From Elusimicrobia bacterium GWC2_64_44 (GTDB lineage Bacteria > Elusimicrobiota > Elusimicrobia > Elusimicrobiales > UBA9959): 64,000 bases of DNA. The DNA is taken from NCBI GenBank assembly GCA_001799845.1, contig MGUG01000048.1:74944-138943 (forward strand), in the 5' to 3' direction. The notes beneath the pieces are model-generated. The model was not told where the DNA came from. It saw only the letters and a program-made list of their open reading frames with translations, and did no database searches. The position numbers and the translations under genes are program-made. Below, one piece after another: positions 8,869 through 16,490 of this stretch (positions are counted from its first letter, which is position 1; the number at the start of each line of letters is the position of its first letter).

Positions 8869-10143
8869 ATGAGGCTGCTGCTGTTCCTCCTGCTGCTGCT
8901 GCCCCCGTCCGCCGGGGCGCTGCAGTACGACGCCCGCCTCAGCGCGAAGCTGAAAAAAGAATTCGAGGGTAAGCTCTCCGCCGCCCAGACCGGCAGGGAG
9001 CTGCTGGCCCGCCTGGCCAAAACGCCGTCCTACGCGCGGCTGAAGGTGCTGGCCCGCAAGGACGACTCGGAGACCCTGGCCTGGTTCGACCCCGACGACA
9101 ACGCCGTCTACCTGAACTCCCGCTTCATCCTTAAATTCTTCGCCGCCAGGGACTTCCGCGACGCCAAGATAGTGGAGATCCTGTGGGGCAACAAAGAAGT
9201 GCGCACGGAGCTGGTCAAGTACGTCGCCCCCATCTACCTGCACGAGCTGGTGCACGCCGTGCAGTGCTATCTCTACCCGGAATACCGCCAGGACGCCGGC
9301 GCCAACCCGCTGGAGTTCGAGTACGAGGCCTACCTCACGGAGGACATGTACGTCCACGAACTGATGAAGGCCGACCCGGCGCTGCTGCGCGCCTTCATCC
9401 GGGGCACCTACACCGACCTCTACACGGCCAACATCTTCGGCAGCTACTTCACCCTGTCGCTGGACCCGGGCAAGTACCGCGAGAAGATCCGCCGCTACTA
9501 CGAGGAGCGCCTGGGGGGCTACGTCAGCATGGAGAAGGCCGCCGTCCGCAAGCAGAACAGCGTGGCCGATTCGAAGATCTTCGCCTACGCCTCCGGTGAA
9601 GTGGGCACCTACGCGCGGGACAACACCGCGCTGGCCCGCCTGCGCAAGGAAAAGAACGATTACGCCCGCTTCCTGGACGACTTCTACAATAAGCGCTGGC
9701 CCGCCTTCAGCGCCGACGCGCTGCTCTTCGTGGGGGAGCTCGCGCTGAAGGAGAAGAACTACCCGCTGGCGCTGGACTGCCTGGCCGTGGCCGATGCCAA
9801 TTCGGCGGGGGCCGGCCTGGCGCCGGAGGCGCTCAGCTCCCTGAAGACCAAGGGCGCGCTGGCCGTGCTGGAGGCGGCCTCGTTCGTGCGGGACTCCCAT
9901 AAAAAGATGGACATCGAGGTGCTGAGCCAGCATCTGAAGGCCCTGGAAAAAGCCTGCGCCGCCACGGGGCGCCCCTTTCCCGGGGACCTGAGCGCGCTGG
10001 CGGAGAAGCATTACCCGGAGGCCATGGCCTACTACGCCAGGAAGCACGCCGCGGAGACGGACCCCTCCAGGAAGGACTATTACAAGGAAAACCTCGACTA
10101 CTTCGCCGCCAGGGGAGAGGGCGGGGCGGCCCTGCCGGAGTGA
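8869..10143 (+). CDS. Secreted hypothetical protein with HExxH motif
   Basis: Start trimmed to MRLLLFLLLLLPPSAGA (signal peptide). It has a single HELVH motif (IYLHELVHAVQ) and a helical-repeat-like C-terminus. Confidence 0.5.
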   Translation: MRLLLFLLLLLPPSAGALQYDARLSAKLKKEFEGKLSAAQTGRELLARLAKTPSYARLKVLARKDDSETLAWFDPDDNAVYLNSRFILKFFAARDFRDAKIVEILWGNKEVRTELVKYVAPIYLHELVHAVQCYLYPEYRQDAGANPLEFEYEAYLTEDMYVHELMKADPALLRAFIRGTYTDLYTANIFGSYFTLSLDPGKYREKIRRYYEERLGGYVSMEKAAVRKQNSVADSKIFAYASGEVGTYARDNTALARLRKEKNDYARFLDDFYNKRWPAFSADALLFVGELALKEKNYPLALDCLAVADANSAGAGLAPEALSSLKTKGALAVLEAASFVRDSHKKMDIEVLSQHLKALEKACAATGRPFPGDLSALAEKHYPEAMAYYARKHAAETDPSRKDYYKENLDYFAARGEGGAALPE

Positions 10144-10169
10144 GTAGAGAGCAGATAAAACTTTTTTTC

Positions 10170-10198
10170 TTGAAACCCAAAGTTTAATTAAGTAGATT
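10170..10198 (+). promoter_or_regulatory. Putative sigma-70 promoter upstream of the aminotransferase/BMC genes
   Basis: TTGAAA-17 nt-TAGATT lies in the only AT-rich stretch of this intergenic region, about 40 nt upstream of the ATG at 10239. Confidence 0.35.
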
Positions 10199-10238
10199 AG
10201 TTACAGGCGTACCAGCTACAAGTCCAGCGGAGGAACTT

Positions 10239-11468
10239 ATGATCGACATCGCAAAGAACATCGCCACCACCCCGCGGCGCACCAAAGCTTCCGTTATCCG
10301 CGAGCTCCTGAAGACCACCAACCAGCCCGGCATCATCTCCTTCGCCGGCGGCCTGCCCGCCCCCGACCATTTCCCGTACGATTTCGTGGCCGAGACGGTC
10401 AAGGAGATCATGGCCAAGAAAGGCCGCGTCGCCCTGCAGTACGGCCCCACCGACGGGCTGCCGGAGCTGAAGGAAGAGTTCATCAAGTTCCTCAAGAAGT
10501 ACGAGAACATCGACGCCAAGCCCGAGAACCTCATCATCACCACCGCCAGCCAGCAGGCGCTGGACATGGTAGGCCGCCTCTTCATAGACGCCTCCGACCC
10601 GGTCATCGTCGAGAAGCCCAGCTATATGGGCGCGCTGCAGGTGTTCCGCTCCTACGGCGCCGAGTTCATAGGCGTCAAGCTCGAGGACGACGGCATCAGC
10701 ACCGACGAGCTGCAGGAGAAGCTGGAGTGGCTGCACGCCCAGGACGAGCATTATAAGTTCCTCTACCTGGTCCCGGATTTTCAGAACCCCAGCGGCGTGA
10801 CGCTGTCCGAAGAGAAGCGCAGGAAGATCATCGAGCTCTCCGAGAAATACAATGTCGCCGTCATCGAGGATTCTCCCTACCGCCAGATACGCTTCGAGGG
10901 CACGGAGCCCAAGATGCTCTACCGCCTGGACAAGGAAACCCACAAGACCGACAACATTATCTCGCTGTTCACCTTCTCCAAGACCTTCGCCCCCGGCCTG
11001 CGCCTGGGCATCATCCTCGGCCACCCGCAGATCATCAAGAAGATGGAGATCCTCAAGCAGTCGCTCGACCTCTGCACGTCGAGCCTCAACCAGCTCATCG
11101 CGGCCGAGTTCCTGCGCACCGGCTTCTTCGAGAAGCACATCCAGGTGGTCAAGAAAGACTACAAGGTCAAGAAGGACACGATGGTCGCCGCGCTGGGGAA
11201 ATACATGCCGGACGGCGTCACCTGGACCAACCCCGAGGGCGGTTTGTTCCTGTGGGTGCGCCTGCCCGAGGGCATGAGCGCCGACGACATGTTCCAGGAC
11301 GCGCTGAAAGAGAACGTGGCCTACGTGATAGGTTCCGCATTCCATTCCGACGGCTCCGGCAAGAACACGATGCGCCTGAACTTCTCTTTCGCCAGCCCGG
11401 ACCAGATCGACGAGGGCGTAAAGCGCCTTGCCGCGGCGGTCAAGAAGCGCCTGGTCGCTGTAAAATAA
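10239..11468 (+). CDS. PLP-dependent aminotransferase, class I/II
   Basis: 409 aa. FSKTFAPGLRLG is the PLP-lysine motif, and the size and layout fit the fold type I aminotransferase family. Confidence 0.8.
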   Translation: MIDIAKNIATTPRRTKASVIRELLKTTNQPGIISFAGGLPAPDHFPYDFVAETVKEIMAKKGRVALQYGPTDGLPELKEEFIKFLKKYENIDAKPENLIITTASQQALDMVGRLFIDASDPVIVEKPSYMGALQVFRSYGAEFIGVKLEDDGISTDELQEKLEWLHAQDEHYKFLYLVPDFQNPSGVTLSEEKRRKIIELSEKYNVAVIEDSPYRQIRFEGTEPKMLYRLDKETHKTDNIISLFTFSKTFAPGLRLGIILGHPQIIKKMEILKQSLDLCTSSLNQLIAAEFLRTGFFEKHIQVVKKDYKVKKDTMVAALGKYMPDGVTWTNPEGGLFLWVRLPEGMSADDMFQDALKENVAYVIGSAFHSDGSGKNTMRLNFSFASPDQIDEGVKRLAAAVKKRLVAVK

Positions 11469-11478
11469 ACCTTGCTGA

Positions 11479-12822
11479 ATGGCCGAAACCTCACCTGAGT
11501 TCAGCCGAAACCTTCGTGCCGCCGGCGTAGTCGGAGCCGGCGGCGCGGGTTTTCCTTCCTACGTGAAAGCGCAGGGGAAGGCCGAGTACGCGCTGGTGAA
11601 CGCGGCCGAGTGCGAACCCCTGCTCAAAAAGGACCAGAAGATCCTGGAGTATTTCCCGGAAAAGGTTTTCGACGGGCTGGACCTGCTGATGAAGGCCGTG
11701 GGCGCGTCCCGGGGTATAGTCGGCATCAAGAAGAAGCACGAGAAACTCATCGGGCGCCTGAAAGAGATAGCGAGATCCCGCAAGAATATTTCCATCCTCG
11801 AGATGGGCGACTATTACCCCGCCGGCGACGAGCAGTGCCTGGTCTTCGAGGCCACCGGGCGGATAGTGCCGCCCGGCGGCATCCCGCTCGACGTGGGCTG
11901 CGTGGTCAGCAACGTGGAGACCCTCTATAACGCCGCCTTCGCCCCGCGCCCGGTCACCGAAACTTTCATAACCGTCAACGGCGGCGTAAAGAAACCCGCT
12001 ACCTTCCGCGTGCCGGTGGGCGTCACCTGGCGCGAATGCGTGGAACTGTGCGGCGGGTTCACCGTCAAGGACCCCGCCTATATCGACGGCGGCCCCATGA
12101 TGGGCCGTGTACTGACCGATTTCGACCTGCCGGTGGTGAAAGCCTCCGCCGGCATCATAGTCCTGCCCAAGGACCATCCCCTCATAGTCAAGAAAGCGCA
12201 GAGCCGGCCCGTGTTCACCCGCATCGGGCGCTCCACCTGCGACCAGTGCTCTTTCTGCACCGAGTTCTGCCCGCGCTACCTGCTGGGCCACAACGTGCAG
12301 CCGCACCGCGTGATGCGCACCATGCAGTTCGCCGGCGGCGAGCACAAGGTGCACAGCCCCTACGGCCTGCTCTGCTGCGAATGCTCGCTCTGTTCCCTCT
12401 ACGCCTGCCCCGAGAACCTCAACCCGCGCGAAGCCTGCGTGGCCGCCAAGGGCGACCTGCGGGCCAGGAAGATAGGCTTCAAAAATTCGGACCTGAACAC
12501 CGGGCGCGCCCCGCAGGCGCACCCCGTGCGGGATTTCCGCAAGGTGCCGGTCTCGAAACTGGTGAAACGGCTGGGGCTCGAGGATTACAACAAGGACGCC
12601 CCCTGGACCGAGTTCTCGTACAAGCCGGCCAAGGTCAAAATTTTAATGAGCCAGCATATAGGCGCGCCCTGCGCTCCGGCGGTAAAGGAAGGGCAGCGCG
12701 TGGAGAAGGGCGCCGTGGTGGGGGACGTCTCCGCCGACAAACTGGGCTGCCCCGTGCACGCCAGCGTCTCCGGCACGGTGGTCAAGGTGAACGAAAAATA
12801 CGTGGAAATACAGGCGGACTGA
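11479..12822 (+). CDS. pduS: PduS-like / RnfC-like flavin and Fe-S oxidoreductase (BMC-associated)
   Basis: 447 aa. AGVVGAGGAGFPSYVK is the glycine-rich nucleotide loop. Two 4Fe-4S motifs are present (CDQCSFCTEFCP and CCECSLCSLYACP). There is a C-terminal RnfC-type barrel-sandwich segment (QHIGAPCAPAVKEGQRVEKG...HASVSGTV). The gene sits directly upstream of a PduT-like shell gene. Confidence 0.75.
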   Translation: MAETSPEFSRNLRAAGVVGAGGAGFPSYVKAQGKAEYALVNAAECEPLLKKDQKILEYFPEKVFDGLDLLMKAVGASRGIVGIKKKHEKLIGRLKEIARSRKNISILEMGDYYPAGDEQCLVFEATGRIVPPGGIPLDVGCVVSNVETLYNAAFAPRPVTETFITVNGGVKKPATFRVPVGVTWRECVELCGGFTVKDPAYIDGGPMMGRVLTDFDLPVVKASAGIIVLPKDHPLIVKKAQSRPVFTRIGRSTCDQCSFCTEFCPRYLLGHNVQPHRVMRTMQFAGGEHKVHSPYGLLCCECSLCSLYACPENLNPREACVAAKGDLRARKIGFKNSDLNTGRAPQAHPVRDFRKVPVSKLVKRLGLEDYNKDAPWTEFSYKPAKVKILMSQHIGAPCAPAVKEGQRVEKGAVVGDVSADKLGCPVHASVSGTVVKVNEKYVEIQAD

Positions 12823-12826
12823 ATTT

Positions 12827-13375
12827 ATGCTAAACGCTATAGGCGGGGTTGAACTCTCCAGCATAGCCAAGGGCCTCGAAGCGGCCGACGCCATGCTGAA
12901 GACCGCGAACATCAAGCTGATCCTGTCGCGCTCGGTCTGCCCGGGCAAGTACGTGGCCCTTATAGCCGGGGACGTGGGCGACGTGAACGCCGCGGTGGAG
13001 GCGGGCGCCGCCAAGGCCGCGCACGCGCTGGTGGACAGCTTCGTGGTGCCCAACATCCATCCCGAGGTTTTTCCGGCCATAGAAGGCACCGCCGTGGTGG
13101 AGGCGCTCGAGGCCCTGGGCGTCATAGAGGCTTTCTCCGTTTCCGCCCTGATAGAGGCCGCCGACGCCGCCGTGAAGGCCGGCACCGTGAAACTTCTTGA
13201 AATACGCCTGGCCATGGCCCTGGGCGGCAAAGCTTTCGTCACCATGACAGGCACGGTGGCCGCGGTGGAGACCGCCGTGAACGCCGGCGCCGCCGTGGTA
13301 GGCAAGAAAGGCCTGCTGGTGGAGAAGGTAGTGATACCGCAGCCCCGCCAGGAACTGCTGCGCGAAATTATCTGA
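12827..13375 (+). CDS. pduT: BMC-T tandem-domain shell protein, PduT-like with conserved Cys38
   Basis: 182 aa with two BMC domains (GGVELSSIAKGLEAADAMLK and [20 protein letters not shown]). Cys38 in SVCPGKY sits in the same context as the 4Fe-4S ligand (ICPGKF) of Salmonella PduT as I recall it. Confidence 0.8.
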   Translation: MLNAIGGVELSSIAKGLEAADAMLKTANIKLILSRSVCPGKYVALIAGDVGDVNAAVEAGAAKAAHALVDSFVVPNIHPEVFPAIEGTAVVEALEALGVIEAFSVSALIEAADAAVKAGTVKLLEIRLAMALGGKAFVTMTGTVAAVETAVNAGAAVVGKKGLLVEKVVIPQPRQELLREII

Positions 13376-13387
13376 CCGGAGCACCGC

Positions 13388-14170
13388 ATGAAATATCTTC
13401 TAGCCCTGCTGCTCGCCCTGCCCTCCGCCTTGAGCGCCGAGACCATAAGGATCATCGCGCCTTATACCGGCAGCCTGACCAATAAATACGTCAGCGACGC
13501 GTACGGCCTGGACCTGCGGGACACCGGGGAGATGCACGGCCTCTTCGCCCAATGGCTTAACACGGAAAAATTCCAGATCAACGCCTTCGTCTACACGGCC
13601 CCGGTAGTGAATTATAGCGACGTGGACGGCCTGCACCTGAACGCCGATTATTACCTTAAGCCCACGGCGGCCGGCAAATGGGTGCTAGGCGCCGGCCTGG
13701 AGACCCTGGACATCAAGCTGGACGCGGGCCGCAATATCCCGGGCCTCACCGCCTTCGCGCTGGACAATACGGTCTCCTTTTATTATGGCCGCGCCGGGCG
13801 CTACTTCAATTTCAAGAAGGGCTGGCTCTCCTCTTCCCTGCTGCCTTATGCGGGCTGGGCGCGGGAGAAGATCACGGGCGAACTGCGAATGGACCCGAAT
13901 GGCCCCTCCCCGGCGAGGACCATAGATATCGGCGATTCCGACAGCCACGCCCTGGCCGGCCTCAACCTTAACGCCACGATAGCGCATTTCATAGACCTGC
14001 AGGGCAAATGGATGGGGCGGTTCAAGGATGGCCGCACACTGGACGAGTACTCGCTGATGGCCAATATCTTCCTGAACAGGCATTGGGGCCTGAGCTACCG
14101 CTACAAGTACATGGAGTACGGCTCGTCCTCCAACGGCTACCACCTGGGCGGCGTGGCCTACGTCTTCTGA
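13388..14170 (+). CDS. Outer-membrane beta-barrel protein (unknown family) embedded in the BMC locus
   Basis: 260 aa. It has a signal peptide (MKYLLALLLALPSALSA), alternating hydrophobic strand patterns throughout, and a C-terminal ...HLGGVAYVF ending in Phe (OMP beta-signal). Confidence 0.65.
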   Translation: MKYLLALLLALPSALSAETIRIIAPYTGSLTNKYVSDAYGLDLRDTGEMHGLFAQWLNTEKFQINAFVYTAPVVNYSDVDGLHLNADYYLKPTAAGKWVLGAGLETLDIKLDAGRNIPGLTAFALDNTVSFYYGRAGRYFNFKKGWLSSSLLPYAGWAREKITGELRMDPNGPSPARTIDIGDSDSHALAGLNLNATIAHFIDLQGKWMGRFKDGRTLDEYSLMANIFLNRHWGLSYRYKYMEYGSSSNGYHLGGVAYVF

Positions 14171-14171
14171 C

Positions 14172-14206
14172 GGCCGGTATTGCCGGCCTTACTTTAATAG
14201 TATAAT
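14172..14206 (+). promoter_or_regulatory. Short hairpin plus TATAAT box between the OMP gene and tpiA
   Basis: GGCCGG-TATTG-CCGGCC (14172-14188) is followed by TATAAT at 14201-14206. This is the only 69-nt gap in the first half of the locus. It is a weak call. Confidence 0.3.
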
Positions 14207-14239
14207 TTGCGAAGATTGAGCGTTTCAAGGAGACTCAGA

Positions 14240-15019
14240 ATGGCTTCAGCTAAAAGAACCCCGATGATAGCCGGCAACTGGAAGATGCACATGACCGCCA
14301 AGGAGGCCGCCGACCTGGCCGCCGCCATGCGCAAAGGCCTGGACCCGGACCTGAAGCACGAAGTGCTGCTCGCCCCCACTTTCACCGCGCTGCACGCCGT
14401 CAACGCCGTGCTCGGCGGCTCCAAAATCTTCCTCTCGTCCCAGGACGTGTGCTGGGAAGAGAAAGGCGCCTTCACCGGCGCCGTCTCCCCGTCGCAGCTC
14501 AAGGACGCGGGCTGCACCCACGCCATCATCGGCCATTCCGAGCGCCGCAAGGTGTTCCTCGAGACCGACGAGGTGGTCAACAAGAAGATGAAGGCCGCCA
14601 TAAAGGCGGGTCTCGTGCCCGTGCTCTGCATCGGCGAGACGCTCGAGGAGCGCGAGAGCCAGAAGACCTACCGCGTGCTGGAGACCCAGCTCGTCGGCGC
14701 CTTCGCCGGCATCACGCCCGCCGAAGCCGCCAAGGTCGTGATAGCCTACGAGCCTGTGTGGGCCATCGGCACCGGCAAGACCGCCACGCCCGACCAGGCG
14801 CAGGACGCCCACGTTTTTGTGCGCAAGCAGATGGAGCGCATTTACGGGCGTGATTACGCCGAGGCCGTGCGCATACTTTACGGCGGCTCGGTGAAGGCCG
14901 ACAATATAGACGAGCTGATGGCCCAAGGCGACATAGACGGCGCGCTGGTGGGCGGCGAGAGCCTGAAGGCCGACAAGTTCCTGCGCGTCATACATTTTCA
15001 GCCCGCGCTGAGCAGGTAA
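14240..15019 (+). CDS. tpiA: Triosephosphate isomerase
   Basis: Start trimmed to MASAKRTPMIAGNWKMH. It contains the AIIGHSERR, YEPVWAIGTG and YGGSV motifs. Confidence 0.9.
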   Translation: MASAKRTPMIAGNWKMHMTAKEAADLAAAMRKGLDPDLKHEVLLAPTFTALHAVNAVLGGSKIFLSSQDVCWEEKGAFTGAVSPSQLKDAGCTHAIIGHSERRKVFLETDEVVNKKMKAAIKAGLVPVLCIGETLEERESQKTYRVLETQLVGAFAGITPAEAAKVVIAYEPVWAIGTGKTATPDQAQDAHVFVRKQMERIYGRDYAEAVRILYGGSVKADNIDELMAQGDIDGALVGGESLKADKFLRVIHFQPALSR

Positions 15020-15022
15020 AAC

Positions 15023-15655
15023 GTGAACGAGCAGCTGCTGAAGGAAATACTCGAGGACCTGAAACTCCGCCAGGCGCGTTCCGCCCTGGCCGTCCCCGTG
15101 GGCATTTCCAACCGCCACGTGCATCTGACGAAGGAAGATTTCAAGACCCTCTTCGGCGCGGACGCTGACGACACGCGGCTCAAGGCGGTAAAGCAGCCCG
15201 GCCAGTACGCCTGCAACGAGCGGGTGACGGTGGAAGGCCCCAAAGGCGCGCTCAAGGACGTCCGGATGATCGGGCCGTACCGGAAATACAGCCAGGTGGA
15301 AGTTTCCCTGGGCGACGCGCGCCGGCTGGGAGCGGAACCGCCGATACGCGACTCCGGCAAGCTGGACAACTCCCCGGGCGTCAGGCTGGTCGGGCCCAAG
15401 GGTTCCGTGACCTTGAAGAGCGGCCTGATCCTGTCCAAGCGGCATATACATTTTAACGTGAAGGAAGGCGCGGCGTACAAAGTGAAGGACGGGCAGGAAG
15501 TGCGCGTGCTCTGCGGCCGGGGCACGGACCGGGAGACCATCTTCGAGCGGGTGCTGTGCCGCGTTTCGGACGCCTATTCCCTGGAGCTGCACCTCGACGT
15601 GGAAGAAGCCAACGCCGCCGGCCTGAAGAACTGCGACCCGGCCTACATAGTGTAA
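15023..15655 (+). CDS. pduL: PduL-type phosphotransacylase with N-terminal encapsulation-peptide-like helix
   Basis: 210 aa with a GTG start. Two PTAC repeats are present (GISNRHVHL and SKRHIHF). The N-terminus EQLLKEILEDLKL is an amphipathic helix. Confidence 0.85.
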   Translation: MNEQLLKEILEDLKLRQARSALAVPVGISNRHVHLTKEDFKTLFGADADDTRLKAVKQPGQYACNERVTVEGPKGALKDVRMIGPYRKYSQVEVSLGDARRLGAEPPIRDSGKLDNSPGVRLVGPKGSVTLKSGLILSKRHIHFNVKEGAAYKVKDGQEVRVLCGRGTDRETIFERVLCRVSDAYSLELHLDVEEANAAGLKNCDPAYIV

Positions 15656-15835
15656 GGATTTTGAAGTAAAGAACTCCTTTTAGGAGGGGTTCAGCGGAGC
15701 CTGAGCCGCAGGGCGAAGGCGCAGCGACGACGAAACGGGGAACCTTAGGTTCCCCTTGTAGAGCGCCCGGCCGACGAAGGCCGGGTCGCAATCGACCCCG
15801 GGCAAAGCCCGGGGCGCGACAGACTGGAGGATAAT
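15656..15835 (+). other. 180-nt hairpin-dense non-coding spacer upstream of BMC-H 1
   Basis: Three perfect GC-rich hairpins are present. They are GGGGAACC-TTA-GGTTCCCC (15737-15755), CCCGGCC-GACGAA-GGCCGGG (15766-15785) and CCCCGGGC-AAA-GCCCGGGG (15796-15814). No ORF is present. Confidence 0.7.
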
Positions 15836-16120
15836 ATGGACGCACTCGGAATGATAGAAACCAAGGGCCTCGTGGCCTGTGTGGAAGCGGCTGACGCCGC
15901 GGTGAAAGCCGCCAACGTCAAGATCGTCGGCTACGAGAAGGTCGGCTCCGGCCTCGTGACCATCCTTTTCCGCGGCGAAGTGGCCGCCTGCCGCGCCGCC
16001 TGCGACGCCGGCGCCGCCGCCGCCCAGAAAGTGGGCGAGCTGGTGAGCGTGCACGTGATCCCGCAGCCGCACGGCGACCTGGAAGGCAAGCTGCCGATCA
16101 GCGACGCCAAGAAGAAGTAG
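15836..16120 (+). CDS. BMC-H hexameric shell protein (PduA/EutM-like)
   Basis: 94 aa. [26 protein letters not shown]...GSGLVT...VHVIPQPH is a canonical single BMC domain. Confidence 0.9.
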   Translation: MDALGMIETKGLVACVEAADAAVKAANVKIVGYEKVGSGLVTILFRGEVAACRAACDAGAAAAQKVGELVSVHVIPQPHGDLEGKLPISDAKKK

Positions 16121-16132
16121 ACTGCCGTTCCG

Positions 16133-16159
16133 GGCGCAGGGGGCTTCGGCCCCCGCGCC
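16133..16159 (+). terminator. UUCG-tetraloop hairpin after BMC-H 1 (possible attenuator or 3' stabiliser)
   Basis: GGCGC(A)GGGGGC-TTCG-GCCCCCGCGCC forms 11 bp with one bulge. It is followed by TGACTCTTTTG and then the SD of the BMC-P gene. Confidence 0.45.
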
Positions 16160-16178
16160 TGACTCTTTTGGAGGAATC

Positions 16179-16487
16179 ATGCTATTCGCACGAGTAGTGG
16201 GTAACGTGGTCTGCACCCGCAAGGACGACAAGCTCGTCGGCACCAAGCTGCTGATGGTGCAGCCCGTGGGCCTCGACGACAAGCCGCGCGGCAACACTCT
16301 CGTCGGCATCGACGCCGTGGGCGCCGGCACCGGCGAACTGGTGCTGCTGGTGCAGGGCTCCAGCGCCCGCCAGACTTCCAAGACCGAAAATACGCCGGTG
16401 GACTGCACGGTCTTCGCCATCGTGGATACCGTGGAGAAGGACGGCAAGATAGTCTTCAAGAAATCGGTCGGAAAATTCCAGGAATAA
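16179..16487 (+). CDS. BMC-P pentameric vertex protein (EutN/CcmL/PduN family), paralogue 1
   Basis: 102 aa. The matching segments are MLFARVVGNVVCTRKDDKLVGTKLLMVQPV...GIDAVGAGTGELVLLVQGSSAR...FAIVD. Confidence 0.85.
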   Translation: MLFARVVGNVVCTRKDDKLVGTKLLMVQPVGLDDKPRGNTLVGIDAVGAGTGELVLLVQGSSARQTSKTENTPVDCTVFAIVDTVEKDGKIVFKKSVGKFQE

Positions 16488-16490
16488 GCC

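Noticed and set aside
10239-11468. The aminotransferase as part of the BMC pathway.
   Set aside because: It is only 10 nt upstream of pduS and may be co-transcribed. However, it has no encapsulation-like extension and no obvious role in a deoxyribose-phosphate route. I left it as a neighbour, so the locus boundary on this side is uncertain.
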